Shown: in pieces, positions 39,419-49,769 of the stretch
Layout of the letters: every line of letters starts with the position of its first letter
How positions within the stretch are numbered: position 1 is the first letter of the stretch
NCBI GenBank assembly: GCA_963675665.1
Contig: OY776510.1
Location: 3,936,001-4,000,000, forward strand
Length of the DNA stretch: 64,000 nucleotides
Source: Spirochaetia bacterium
Lineage (GTDB): Bacteria > Spirochaetota > Spirochaetia > UBA9216
Direction of reading: 5' to 3'
Position numbers and translations under genes: made by a program
Notes under the pieces: generated by a model
Told to the model about the DNA's origin: nothing
Database searches by the model: none
The model's input: the letters and a program-made list of their open reading frames with translations, nothing else

Positions 39419-40465
39419 TTATACAACCATCTCGTCTTCGCCGGAACGTGCGACAACAATTTCACCCTGATCTTCAAGTTTTCTGATAATCGATACAATC
39501 TTCTGCTGTGTTTCTTCTACGTCTTTCAACCTTACAGGGCCCATATAATCCATTTCTTCTTTTAAAAGCTGAGACGCACGTTTTGACATGTTACGGAATA
39601 TTTTATCCTGAACCTCAGCCTCTACGCCCCTGAGGGCTTTTCCGAGCTCGGAAGTATCAACTTCACGCAAAACCTTCTGTATGGCCCTGTCGTCAAGCAG
39701 CACGATATCCTCGAATACGAACATACGCTTTTTAATCTCTTCGGCAAGTTCCGGATCATCCTCTTCAAGAGCTTCTATAATAATTTTTTCCGTTGAACGG
39801 TCAACAAGGTTCAGTATTTCAACAATATTTTCAACACCGCCGGCTGCAGTATAGTCTTCGGAAGACAGCGTAGAAAGTTTCTTCTCAAGAACCCTTTCAA
39901 CCTCGCGAAGGACTTCCGGCGAGGTTCTGTCCATTGTGGCAATTCGTCTGGCAACGTCCGACTGTACCTCGTGCTGAAGTGCTCCCAGTATTACCGACGC
40001 TTTCTGCGGTTCAAGATAGGCAAGAATAAGCGCAATTGTCTGTGGATGTTCCTGCTGTATAAAGTTTAAAAGGTGCGCCGGGTCTGTTCGCCTGATAAAG
40101 TCGAACGGACGGACCTGCAGCGAACTTGTCAGACGGTTTATTATATCGACAGCTTTCTGCGATCCCAGCGATTTTTCAAGCAGTTCGCGGGCGTACTCAA
40201 TACCTCCCGACGTGATGAAATCCTGGGCCATCATAAGCTCCTTGAATTCCATCAGTACCTTATCGCGCTCTTCGGGTTCGACACTGTCCAGCCGCGCTAT
40301 TTCAAATGTCAGGGCCTCGATTTCATCATCACGCAGATGTTTGAATATCTCCGATGAAATTTCCGACCCGAGAGTTACCAGAAATATGGCGGCCTTCTGT
40401 CGTCCCGTCAGATCTTTTTTTATTTTTGTTTTTCCGCCAGCGGCGGGGGTCTGTGCTTTAGCCAT
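39419..40465 (-). CDS. fliG: Flagellar switch protein FliG
   Basis: GRQKAAIFL, GGIEYA, EHPQTIALIL, MFVFED, NMSKRA. Confidence 0.97.
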   Translation of the reverse strand: MAKAQTPAAGGKTKIKKDLTGRQKAAIFLVTLGSEISSEIFKHLRDDEIEALTFEIARLDSVEPEERDKVLMEFKELMMAQDFITSGGIEYARELLEKSLGSQKAVDIINRLTSSLQVRPFDFIRRTDPAHLLNFIQQEHPQTIALILAYLEPQKASVILGALQHEVQSDVARRIATMDRTSPEVLREVERVLEKKLSTLSSEDYTAAGGVENIVEILNLVDRSTEKIIIEALEEDDPELAEEIKKRMFVFEDIVLLDDRAIQKVLREVDTSELGKALRGVEAEVQDKIFRNMSKRASQLLKEEMDYMGPVRLKDVEETQQKIVSIIRKLEDQGEIVVARSGEDEMVV

Positions 40466-40469
40466 ATCT

Positions 40470-42179
40470 CTACTCCTCAACCAGCCATGTTCTGATTAGC
40501 TGCGCAACATCTTCAGGATGTTCACGGGCCATATTCATGGCATGCTCCTGCATCTCCATTCTGGCCCGCTCCTCAACCGACATTTCAACATCCATACTTT
40601 CCTCTTCGGCCGAACGCAACGCAGCTTCACGCATTGCCTGATGCTGCCGTGCAAGTTCTTCTTCACGCAATCTTCTTCTGCGTTCAAGTTCCCTGGAGAT
40701 AAATCTGAATATTATAAATGCCGCAATTATTAAACCGATTCCGATAACCGAGTAAATAATTGCCTGCTGAAGTCTTTTCTGGTTTCTGTATTTCTGATCT
40801 TCACGTTCAAACTGGGCTGTTCTGTCGAACGCAAGGTGCTGAACCGTGACCGAATCGCCTCTGATCTGATCATATCCTATCGAGTGTTCAATAAGAGTAC
40901 GCGCTTTTACCAGGTCGGTATCATCCACTTCGCGGTATTCCCTTTCGATGGTACCCTCAGGAGTTATTGAAAGAAGGCCCTTATCGTTATAAATCCTTGT
41001 CCAGATACCGTCTATCGCCACACCGACGGTTATACGCTGTATTTCCCAGGGATTTTTCTCCTCGTAAATCTTACGCTCGTTGACCTCGTAGTTTATCGTA
41101 TTAGAATTGTTTTCATACTCTCCTACAAGCCCCTCAAGGTCTTTGTAAGCCGGCGGAGTCTGCCCTTCCTGTCCGGGAGGGCCTTCGGGATTGAACCCTG
41201 TGCCGCGGTAACTTTCGTCTATAAGCTGTTCCGACCTTGGAACATTCTTGATAACTTCAGTCTCATCGAACGGAGTGCTCGGGTTGTCAGATTTGATTGT
41301 TATGGGAAAGAATTCATCCGTTTCGACAGTTTTCTTGCTCATGTCAAGATCAACATCTACTCTTAATATTCTTACCCTGTCGGCTCCGAAAATTGCACGA
41401 AGTTCGTTCAGTATTTCACTCTTGTACTTTGCTTCAAGCTTCGATTTCTGATCCATCTGGCGTTTAGTCAGCTCAAGACGGTCGAATTCAGCCATATCCT
41501 CAAAATCATTCAGTATAGTCCCGCGGTAATCTGTTATTACAATATTTTCCGTGGCAAGCCCCTGGACAGCAAAAAGTACCAGCTTTTCTATACCTTCAAT
41601 CTTGTTTCTGCTTGTAATAATATCGCTTCCGGGTTTGGGAGTTATTATAACCGATGCAGTTACCGGATCCTGATCCTCTGCGAAGAGTTCAGTTTCAGGC
41701 ATAACAAGGGTTACCTGAGCGCTGTCCACATCCTCCAGGGCTTCAATATGCTGTTCAAGGCTTTCCGTAACTGCCCGCTGCAGATTCACTTCGCGCTCAA
41801 AATCGGTTACAGTCCAGCGGTCCATCTTGAAAGCATCCCAAACAGAGATCTCGGACGGAACCAGGTCTTCGCGCATCAACACCGATATCATCCGTTGAGC
41901 AGTAGCTTTATCGTCAACATATATCAAACCGCCTTCAGTAGTCCGGTGATTAATGTTTTCTTCATCGAGACGTATGGATATTTTATATAGAGTTTCCTGA
42001 TCCGTAATCGGAGAAGTAAAAAGAGCCACCTGGTTAGGCGTGGAACTTACCATTGATACAATGATTATTCCCGCCACTACGGCTGCGATTATTCCTATGA
42101 AAATAATTTTCTGCAGAAGCGACCATTTACCCCATGCTGATCGTATCTGCTCAATTACCTTTTTAAACCATTCGTTCAT
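40470..42179 (-). CDS. fliF: MS-ring protein FliF
   Basis: Two TMs; VMPETELF..TASV; RGDSVTV; VAQLIRTWL. Confidence 0.94.
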   Translation of the reverse strand: MNEWFKKVIEQIRSAWGKWSLLQKIIFIGIIAAVVAGIIIVSMVSSTPNQVALFTSPITDQETLYKISIRLDEENINHRTTEGGLIYVDDKATAQRMISVLMREDLVPSEISVWDAFKMDRWTVTDFEREVNLQRAVTESLEQHIEALEDVDSAQVTLVMPETELFAEDQDPVTASVIITPKPGSDIITSRNKIEGIEKLVLFAVQGLATENIVITDYRGTILNDFEDMAEFDRLELTKRQMDQKSKLEAKYKSEILNELRAIFGADRVRILRVDVDLDMSKKTVETDEFFPITIKSDNPSTPFDETEVIKNVPRSEQLIDESYRGTGFNPEGPPGQEGQTPPAYKDLEGLVGEYENNSNTINYEVNERKIYEEKNPWEIQRITVGVAIDGIWTRIYNDKGLLSITPEGTIEREYREVDDTDLVKARTLIEHSIGYDQIRGDSVTVQHLAFDRTAQFEREDQKYRNQKRLQQAIIYSVIGIGLIIAAFIIFRFISRELERRRRLREEELARQHQAMREAALRSAEEESMDVEMSVEERARMEMQEHAMNMAREHPEDVAQLIRTWLVEE

Positions 42180-42234
42180 TTCCCCTCCCATTGAAAAAAG
42201 AACCTGGATTTACAGTAAAACTAAGCTGTTTCTT

Positions 42235-42567
42235 TTATCTTATATTAATAATATTGTTATACGCTTTCAGCGCTCCGTCAACCACTGCTTTGGTTATTTC
42301 GATGGACATATTTGCCTTACTCATGGCAATAGTCACATCATGTGCATCAACACTCTCTGGATCCGTCAGATAAGCCTGCGTGATATCGCTCAGATCCTGC
42401 TGCATTTTATTCGTTTCACCCAGCGCGTTCTTCAGCGCTGCGGCAAATTCCTCCGAAGGAGTTTCCTGGCCTTTCGCAGGACCCTGAAAACCAAAATGGT
42501 TTTTATGAGTTGCCGCCAGCATAACCTGATCCCCGGTTGCTTCCGCCGGACCTAATAATCCGCTCAT
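42235..42567 (-). CDS. fliE: Hook-basal body protein FliE
   Basis: DAHDVTIAMSKA..AYNNII. Confidence 0.9.
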   Translation of the reverse strand: MSGLLGPAEATGDQVMLAATHKNHFGFQGPAKGQETPSEEFAAALKNALGETNKMQQDLSDITQAYLTDPESVDAHDVTIAMSKANMSIEITKAVVDGALKAYNNIINIR

Positions 42568-42570
42568 CTA

Positions 42571-43032
42571 CTATCTCCTCCCTATTTCAAGAGCCTTCAG
42601 AAACATTGATTTTGAACCGTCGACAACCGCCACGTTAGCTTCATAGGAACGCGACGCAGAAATCATATCAACCATTTCATCAACAATGTTGACATTAGGC
42701 ATTTCTACATAGCCGGCCTTGGGGCCGACCTTTATTGCATCAGGATGCGTAGGATCATACTGGTACCGCATCTCGCTGTCCATATCCTTTTCAACCTTGG
42801 AAACCTCAACGCCTTTGCCAACCCGGTTCTGCAGTTTTTCAGGCAAAAAAGGACTGCGCCAGTACGGCTGCGACACTTCAGGCTTGAAAATCACTCGGCT
42901 ACGGCGGAAAGCCCCGCCTTCAGGAGTTCTGGTTGTTTCGGCATTTGCAATATTGTCCGATATTACATCCAGCCGCATCCGCTGGGCGCTCATTCCCGAT
43001 GCTGCCGTATTAATACTTGTAAAAAGTCCCAT
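42571..43032 (-). CDS. flgC: Basal body rod protein FlgC
   Basis: DNIANAETT, YDPTHPDA, MPNVN, SRSYEAN. Confidence 0.96.
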   Translation of the reverse strand: MGLFTSINTAASGMSAQRMRLDVISDNIANAETTRTPEGGAFRRSRVIFKPEVSQPYWRSPFLPEKLQNRVGKGVEVSKVEKDMDSEMRYQYDPTHPDAIKVGPKAGYVEMPNVNIVDEMVDMISASRSYEANVAVVDGSKSMFLKALEIGRR

Positions 43033-43042
43033 CTACGCCCTC

Positions 43043-43459
43043 CTAACTCGTTACTTTTGTTATCTGGTAAAACTGGTTTGAAATCGATGTCGTCAGAAGA
43101 TTGTACTGAAGCTGATTCTGCAGGGCAAGCATTAATTCCTCTTCGGCATCAACATTATTTCCGTTATTGTCCGACTGTGTCAGGTAATCAAGCACCTTTC
43201 GGGGTTTGACTTCTTTCCAGTCCTGAACCTTGTTAAAGGATATATGCTTTGAATTGGTTATTGAAGCTTCCATACCCGTCTGCTTTTCGGAATCAAGCGC
43301 TCTTTTAAGTTCTGATTCGAAATTAACGACTGAGCGTTTAAAATTAGGCGTATCTGCATTTGCTATATTGTCGGAAATTACCGAACGCCTGTACAGACTG
43401 ACATCCATGGATCTGTGCAGAAGCTCCAAATCCTTTCCGAAACTGTTGTTCAAAAACAT
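43043..43459 (-). CDS. flgB: Basal body rod protein FlgB
   Basis: DNIANADTPNFK, NGNNVD; SD GGGAGG before ATG 43459. Confidence 0.95.
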   Translation of the reverse strand: MFLNNSFGKDLELLHRSMDVSLYRRSVISDNIANADTPNFKRSVVNFESELKRALDSEKQTGMEASITNSKHISFNKVQDWKEVKPRKVLDYLTQSDNNGNNVDAEEELMLALQNQLQYNLLTTSISNQFYQITKVTS

Positions 43460-43464
43460 AAACC

Positions 43465-43626
43465 CTCCCAATCAACGCCACGGATGGCGTTAAATAATTC
43501 GAAGTTTGACTTTCAAACTTCAGAATCAAATCGGACACGGATGTCCGGTTTGATTATCTCCCAATCAACGCCACGGATGGCGTTAAATAATTCGAAAGGC
43601 GGTTCATTTTAATAAAACCGGCCTTC
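43465..43626. repeat. 39-bp direct repeat x2 with interleaved hairpins in the flgB leader
   Basis: CTCCCAATCAACGCCACGGATGGCGTTAAATAATTCGAA at 43465-43503 and 43558-43596; extra hairpins at 43501-43521, 43524-43555 and ~43594-43626. Confidence 0.92.
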
Positions 43627-43633
43627 ATCTTGA

Positions 43634-43660
43634 TTCTCGGCATTATATTTCGCCTTCTTA
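43634..43660 (-). promoter_or_regulatory. Sigma28-type promoter upstream of flgB, with an embedded TATAAT
   Basis: TAAG-N15-GCCGAGAA; TATAAT at 43647-43642. Confidence 0.55.
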
Positions 43661-43677
43661 GCGAAATCTGCCGGTCA

Positions 43678-45195
43678 TTAAAGTATATACCTGGACAAAT
43701 CCTGATCTTCCTGTACGTTTTTCAGCCTTTCATCAACATACTCAGGCGTAATCCTGATTGTCTGGCCCTGAAGATCCGGTGCATTAAACGAAACATCTTC
43801 AAGCAGCAGCTCAAGAATGGTGTGCAGCCTTCTTGCACCTATATTCTCCGTCTGTGAATTTACAGCGCCGGCAATTTCAGACATGCTTATAATCGACTCA
43901 GGTGTAAATTCAAGCCTGACATCTTCCGTTTCAAGAAGCGCAGTATACTGCTTTATAAGCGCGTTCCTGGGCTGCGTCAGTATGCGCTCAAAATCTTTCG
44001 CAGTAAGATCGTCAAGTTCAACCCGAAGCGGGAATCGTCCCTGCAGTTCGGGTATAAGGTCCGACGGCTTGCTCATATGAAACGCGCCGGCTGCGATAAA
44101 CAGGATGTGGGAGGTGTCCACCATACCGTACTTGGTATTTACCTTTGAGCCCTCGACTATCGGCAGAATATCTCTCTGAACGCCTTCCCTGCTCACTTCA
44201 GCACTGCCGCCGCGTCCTTCCTTTGCAGCAATTTTATCAATTTCATCAATGAAAATTATTCCCATCTGCTGCGTGCGGTCACGGGCAATTTCATTAACCC
44301 TTTCCTGATCAATAAGCTTGTCAAGTTCTTCCGCCATAAGAATGTCGCGCGCCCTGCTGACGGTAACCTTTCTTTTTTTCTTCTTGCCGCCGAACATCGG
44401 TATCGCCGCAATATTGATGCCCATATCTTCGAGGTTCATTCCTGAAAACATATCCATTGCTCCGGTCGGCGTGCCGGTTACAAGCACTTCAACTTCCTTG
44501 TCTTCAAGCTTGCCGTCCCGAAGCATCTTTCTGAATTTCTCGCGGGTTGTCGCACCGGCCCCGCTGTCAGCCTTCTCCGAAGAAGCCCGGCATTCATTGT
44601 CTTTCAAAGGTTCGCCGGGTCCGGGAAGATTTATCACTTTCGGAGTTTCCCCGGATGCTGCAGATCCGCCGGCTGAACCGGATCCGCCGGTTAGACTACT
44701 GAAAATACTGCCCAGGTTTATTCCGCCTCCCTGATCATTTTCCGATCCGGTCCTCTTTTTCCTGCCGACTCCCGGCAGAAGCAGATCGAGAATTGCCTCT
44801 TCGGTGCGGATTTCAGCTTCAGCCCGGACATCTTCTTCCATTTCCTTTTTAACCATGCCGACGGCCACGCTCATCAGATCACGTATCATTGACTCAACAT
44901 CACGTCCGACATATCCGACTTCAGTATATTTTGTAGCTTCAACCTTTACAAACGGAGCTTTTACAAGTTTAGAAAGCCGCCTTGCTATTTCTGTTTTGCC
45001 GACACCTGTAGGTCCAATCATTATTATGTTTTTCGGGGCAATCTCCTCCCTCATTTCCTGGGGAAGCATCTGCCGTCTCATCCGGTTCCGCAGCGCAATA
45101 GCCACCGATTTCTTGGCTTTATCCTGCCCGATTATATATTTATCGAGTTCTTCGACTATCTGTTTCGGCGTAAGTTTTTCAATACCTTCAATCAT
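43678..45195 (-). CDS. hslU: ATP-dependent protease ATPase subunit HslU
   Basis: [35 protein letters not shown]; ATGA overlap with hslV. Confidence 0.97.
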   Translation of the reverse strand: MIEGIEKLTPKQIVEELDKYIIGQDKAKKSVAIALRNRMRRQMLPQEMREEIAPKNIIMIGPTGVGKTEIARRLSKLVKAPFVKVEATKYTEVGYVGRDVESMIRDLMSVAVGMVKKEMEEDVRAEAEIRTEEAILDLLLPGVGRKKRTGSENDQGGGINLGSIFSSLTGGSGSAGGSAASGETPKVINLPGPGEPLKDNECRASSEKADSGAGATTREKFRKMLRDGKLEDKEVEVLVTGTPTGAMDMFSGMNLEDMGINIAAIPMFGGKKKKRKVTVSRARDILMAEELDKLIDQERVNEIARDRTQQMGIIFIDEIDKIAAKEGRGGSAEVSREGVQRDILPIVEGSKVNTKYGMVDTSHILFIAAGAFHMSKPSDLIPELQGRFPLRVELDDLTAKDFERILTQPRNALIKQYTALLETEDVRLEFTPESIISMSEIAGAVNSQTENIGARRLHTILELLLEDVSFNAPDLQGQTIRITPEYVDERLKNVQEDQDLSRYIL

Positions 45196-45728
45196 TGAAC
45201 TTCCTCCACATTGAAGCTGCTGTTGGTGTAGATACATATTCTGGAAGCTATCTCCATTGATTTTAACGCTATTTCCCTTGCCGACAAAACTGATCCGGAG
45301 GACATATAAGCCAGGGCGGCCGCATACGCATAGTTTCCGCCGGAGCCTATTGCAAGAACACCTTCTTCAGGTTCAATAACATCGCCGTTTCCGGAAATCA
45401 GCAGAATTTTATCTTTGTCCGCGACAAGCAGCATTGCTTCAAGCTTGCTGAGCATACGATCCGTCCGCCATTGTTTTGCCAGCTCTACTGCCGCCCGGGT
45501 AATATCTCCGTTATACTCATTTACTTTTCCTTCAAATCTTTCAAAAAGAGTGAATGCATCAGCAGTCGCGCCTGCAAAACCCGTAAGAATTTTACCTCCG
45601 TAGATTGTTTTAACCTTTCGGGCGTTTCCCTTCATCACTGTCTCGCCAAGTGTAACCTGGCCGTCTCCGGCCATTGCAACCTTATTATCTTTTTTTACTG
45701 CTATTATGGTAGTTGATCTAACCTTCAT
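45192..45728 (-). CDS. hslV: ATP-dependent protease subunit HslV
   Basis: STTI N-terminal Thr; GDGQVT; GFAGATAD; IGSGG; ICIYTN. Confidence 0.97.
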   Translation of the reverse strand: MKVRSTTIIAVKKDNKVAMAGDGQVTLGETVMKGNARKVKTIYGGKILTGFAGATADAFTLFERFEGKVNEYNGDITRAAVELAKQWRTDRMLSKLEAMLLVADKDKILLISGNGDVIEPEEGVLAIGSGGNYAYAAALAYMSSGSVLSAREIALKSMEIASRICIYTNSSFNVEEVQ

Positions 45729-46633
45729 CATTTTACTCCGTTGTGCCTCACCTCAGCATGAGGATGCGCCTTTTTATAAACATCGCGCAATTTTTCAATA
45801 CCCATATGGGTATAAATCTGGGTAGTGGATAAACTTTCATGTCCCAGCATTTCCTGTACTATCCTGATGTCCGCTCCATGGTCAATAAGATGCGTTGCGA
45901 AACTGTGTCTGAATGTATGCGGACTGATTCTTTTTGCTATTCCCGATTTACGTACATATTTTTCGATAATCAGCGCTATTCCACGCTGGGTAATCCGGTT
46001 GCCGCGAAGATTTATCAGAAGGGCATTGACCGAATCTGAATCGCCTTTGTCTGCACGTATATTCTTCAGTGGAAGATATTCCTTAAGACAGTCGACGGAG
46101 CTTCGTCCGAGGTAAACAATCCGTTCCTTGCCGCCCTTTCCTGAAACCCTGATACATCTTTCACGAAGATCAATATCTGAAATATTAATTGAAGCGGCTT
46201 CCGATACGCGGCATCCGGTTGAATACAGAAGTTCAAGAATCAATCTGTCGCGCAAACCGGCAAAACCTTTTCCGGTAAGATTAAGAAGCAGCTCAATTTC
46301 ATTCTCAAACATGTAATCAGGAAGCCGTCGGCCCTGTTTCAGGCTTTTAATATTTTCAAACGGATTCAATTCAACTTCTCCGCCGGCAAGCAGCCAGGTG
46401 TAATATCCTTTCATGGATGATAATATTCTGTTTACAGAGGTTTTTGCCATTCCCTGCTCCGACAGGCCCGCAATAAATCTCCTTGCGCAACTGTAATCGA
46501 GAGTGAATTCATCCAGATTTTCCGAGTCGAGATATTTTTCCAGTTTTCCGAGATCTTCAGCATAAGCGCGGGCTGTTTCAGATGAGTAGTTTTTTACAGT
46601 TCTCAGATACAGGAGATACTCTTCAGACTTCAT
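45728..46633 (-). CDS. xerC: Tyrosine recombinase XerC
   Basis: [37 protein letters not shown]; located topA-xerC-hslVU. Confidence 0.88.
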   Translation of the reverse strand: MKSEEYLLYLRTVKNYSSETARAYAEDLGKLEKYLDSENLDEFTLDYSCARRFIAGLSEQGMAKTSVNRILSSMKGYYTWLLAGGEVELNPFENIKSLKQGRRLPDYMFENEIELLLNLTGKGFAGLRDRLILELLYSTGCRVSEAASINISDIDLRERCIRVSGKGGKERIVYLGRSSVDCLKEYLPLKNIRADKGDSDSVNALLINLRGNRITQRGIALIIEKYVRKSGIAKRISPHTFRHSFATHLIDHGADIRIVQEMLGHESLSTTQIYTHMGIEKLRDVYKKAHPHAEVRHNGVK

Positions 46634-48744
46634 TCGGCTAATTCCGCCTCCTTCTCCAACAGCTCACTGTCATGAGTATGAAGAAAATCACAATCCGGAT
46701 TAATACAGGCTTTTACAGTGCCGGTTTTCTTGTCGTTCTTCTCTACAAGAAAATATCCGCATTTTGGGCATTTTGAACTCGTCGGTTTAAAATGTGATAT
46801 AAAATCGCATTCGGGATAATTGGTACAACCGTAAAATTCCTTTCCCTTTCCGCCTGCTTTTTTCCTGGCCACTATTTTCCCGTCGCAACCTTCACGCGGG
46901 CAGTCGGCAAGAGGCACCGCCTTTGTATTGCGGCATTCAGGAAAACCTGAACATGCAAGAAAGAACCCGAACCGTCCGAGTTTTTTAACCATCGGTTTGC
47001 CGCATTTTTCACAAACTTCATCGGTAGGCTCGTCAAGAACACCCTTTATTGATTCAAGCGTTTCATTTACATGTTCAACCTGCTTAATAAACGGGTTATA
47101 AAAACGTCCTATCATTTTATGCCATTCAAGCCCTTCAATTTCCACACGGTCCAGATTTCGTTCCATTTCGGCTGTAAATTCCTGGTTAACAACATCCGGA
47201 AACTGGGTCGACAACATCTCGGAAATAATTTTTCCGAGCGTGGTCGGCTGAAGCTGCTTATTCCTCCGGACTACATAGTACCTGTCCAGAAGGACCGATA
47301 TTATCGGTGCATAGGTTGACGGCCTTCCGATACCGTTTTCTTCCAGCATTTTAACAATACTTGCGTCGGTGAATCGCGACGGTCCGGTCGTAAAATGCTG
47401 ATTTGCATTAAAATCCAGAACCTCAAGTTTTTCGCCTTCTTTTAAAACAGGAACTTTGGCTGTTTTTTCCTTTGATTTCAACAGCTTGATGACCTTCTGA
47501 AATCCCTTTACAACCGATTTTGTAGAGCTTACCCTGAATACGGCATCCTTCACTGTTATTTCATATGATGTTGTAAGTGTTTTTGCATTAACCATCTGGC
47601 AGGCGACAAACCTTTCCCAGATAATCGAGTACAGTTTAAGCTGATCTCTTGTCAGGTGACCTTTTATATCATCGGGCGTATATATCACGTAAGTTGGACG
47701 AATTGCTTCATGGGCATCCTGGGCGTTTTTCTTTACCAGATATGATGCCGGTTTTTCAGGAAGATCTTCCGGATGGTTCTTTTCAATCCATTCCCTGACC
47801 TCGGTTATAGCCTGGTCTGAAATTCTTGTTGAATCCGTTCTCATGTATGTTATAAGACCGACACGGCTTGAGTCGATATTAATACCTTCATACAGCTGCT
47901 GCGCTATCTGCATGGTTTTGCGTGAAGTAAAACCAAGCCTGTTGGCTGCGGTCTGCTGTAATGTCGAGGTTGTAAAGGGGGCCTTCGGTTTAAGCTGTTT
48001 TTCAGTTCCTTTCACCAGTGTTACGCTGGCTTCAGCATTTTTCAGTTCGCTTATTATGCGTTCAACTTCAGCCTCGTCCTTAATATCAACTTTGTCTCCT
48101 TTATACTGCACCATCTGGGCTTCAAAAGAACTCTTCCCCTTTGCAAATCCACCGTCAAGCGACCAGTACTCTTCAGGTATAAAACTCTCGACAAGCTTCT
48201 CCCTGTCGCAAATAAGTTTCAGCGCAACCGACTGAACACGCCCCGCCGACAATCCGTTCTTTACTTTAGACCATAAAAGAGGAGACAGATTGTAGCCGAC
48301 CAGCCGATCCAGAACCCTTCTGGCTTTTTGAGCATTTACCTTGGGTTCGTTAATCTCCATCGGATGTCCAACCGCTTCTTTGATGGCCGCAGGTGTAATC
48401 TCGTTAAAGACTATTCTTTCAATTTTGAGATTTTCATTCTTTTTAATAAGAGAATTACGTAAATGATAAGCGATAGCCTCACCCTCGCGGTCATTATCAG
48501 ATGCAAGCAGCACATGTCCCGCTTTATTTGCTTTTTTCTGAAGTTCCTTTAAGATTTTGGCCTTTCCACGCACCGTAATATATTCCGGCTCAAAATTGTT
48601 TTTTTCATCTATCGCAATCCTCGACTTGGGCAAATCAATAAGATGCCCCATCGAAGCCAGCACCATATAGCCGGGTCCTAGATATCTCTCAATGGTAGAA
48701 GCTTTTGCCGGTGACTCAACTATTAATAGAGTATGTACTTTCAT
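46630..48744 (-). CDS. topA: DNA topoisomerase I
   Basis: IVESPAK, DNDREGE, SAGRVQS, ITYMRTDS, GIGRPSTY, C-terminal Zn ribbons. Confidence 0.97.
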   Translation of the reverse strand: MKVHTLLIVESPAKASTIERYLGPGYMVLASMGHLIDLPKSRIAIDEKNNFEPEYITVRGKAKILKELQKKANKAGHVLLASDNDREGEAIAYHLRNSLIKKNENLKIERIVFNEITPAAIKEAVGHPMEINEPKVNAQKARRVLDRLVGYNLSPLLWSKVKNGLSAGRVQSVALKLICDREKLVESFIPEEYWSLDGGFAKGKSSFEAQMVQYKGDKVDIKDEAEVERIISELKNAEASVTLVKGTEKQLKPKAPFTTSTLQQTAANRLGFTSRKTMQIAQQLYEGINIDSSRVGLITYMRTDSTRISDQAITEVREWIEKNHPEDLPEKPASYLVKKNAQDAHEAIRPTYVIYTPDDIKGHLTRDQLKLYSIIWERFVACQMVNAKTLTTSYEITVKDAVFRVSSTKSVVKGFQKVIKLLKSKEKTAKVPVLKEGEKLEVLDFNANQHFTTGPSRFTDASIVKMLEENGIGRPSTYAPIISVLLDRYYVVRRNKQLQPTTLGKIISEMLSTQFPDVVNQEFTAEMERNLDRVEIEGLEWHKMIGRFYNPFIKQVEHVNETLESIKGVLDEPTDEVCEKCGKPMVKKLGRFGFFLACSGFPECRNTKAVPLADCPREGCDGKIVARKKAGGKGKEFYGCTNYPECDFISHFKPTSSKCPKCGYFLVEKNDKKTGTVKACINPDCDFLHTHDSELLEKEAELAE

Positions 48745-49769
48745 AGCATGGCTCTCCTGAAATTATTTCCGTTAAACATAATATTGCAACCTTCAAGTTC
48801 CTTCCGTAATCTGTCGGCCATTAAACTGCCGGCCTCGGCGGAAGTCATCTTTATTTCATTTTCCAACTTTCTGTCTCTTATTACCTCTTCGGTGATTCCC
48901 CACTCGGCAAGAATTTCACCTATATTGCCGATCACAGGAGCGCCTTCAAAGATCATCCTTTCGAATTTTCCGTTACGTCCTGTACCGGTCATGGATTTTA
49001 CCCCTATTTCATGCATAAAAAGATCTCTGCCCTGTTCAAGTGCAAAATCAGCAGTTATTAATGCACCGGAGCGTCCGGGGGCTTCGACTACAACTACCGC
49101 CCTCGATAATCCGCTGATAATCCTGTTCCGTTCAGGAAAGTGATGTTTCTGCGGCAATTCGCCCGGAAGGTATTCACTTAGAACAGCTCCGCCGTGTTCA
49201 AGGATCGAAGCGGCTATCCTGCGGTTTACCGCCGGATATATTCTGTCGGGTCCGCTTCCCAGAACGGCTACGGTACAGCCCCCGCCGGCAACCGCCCCCG
49301 AATGAGCTGCGCTGTCGATACCCATGGCAAGACCCGAAACAACAGGAATCCCGCAGCCTGCAAACTCAAAACCGAGTTTGAACGCCGCATCGAGTCCTGC
49401 GCCGGAAGCCAGCCTTGTACCTACCACCGCCGCAGAAGGTTTGTTCCATTGGGGAAGATTACCTCTGTAATAAAGCATGAACGGAGGGTTATAAATTTCA
49501 CCAAGCTGGGGCGGATAATTCTGCTGCTCAAAAAATAAACATTTTATATTGCCTGAGGCAAGTATCTTTTGCGCTTTCTCGGCCTCATTAAGCGCTTTTT
49601 TTAATGAATATTCCTTAATTTTATGACATCTGCCGGTTATCGATTCGATATCGTGAATATTCATGTTTTCCAGAACATCAATACTTCCGGCGATATCCCT
49701 GAGAAGGATTTTTTCAGCTGTTGTAAGAAAACGCATCCGGCTTACAAGAATGCTAAGCAAATCAGCCAT
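48741..49769 (-). CDS. dprA: DNA-processing protein DprA/Smf
   Basis: VVGTR, VSGLAMGID, FPERNRIISG, VVEA..SGALIT. Confidence 0.94.
   Translation of the reverse strand: MADLLSILVSRMRFLTTAEKILLRDIAGSIDVLENMNIHDIESITGRCHKIKEYSLKKALNEAEKAQKILASGNIKCLFFEQQNYPPQLGEIYNPPFMLYYRGNLPQWNKPSAAVVGTRLASGAGLDAAFKLGFEFAGCGIPVVSGLAMGIDSAAHSGAVAGGGCTVAVLGSGPDRIYPAVNRRIAASILEHGGAVLSEYLPGELPQKHHFPERNRIISGLSRAVVVVEAPGRSGALITADFALEQGRDLFMHEIGVKSMTGTGRNGKFERMIFEGAPVIGNIGEILAEWGITEEVIRDRKLENEIKMTSAEAGSLMADRLRKELEGCNIMFNGNNFRRAML

Noticed and set aside
43344-43612. Short ORFs of 64-65 aa over the flgB leader as leader peptides
   Set aside because: No SD; their repeated peptide merely reflects the 39-bp DNA duplication.
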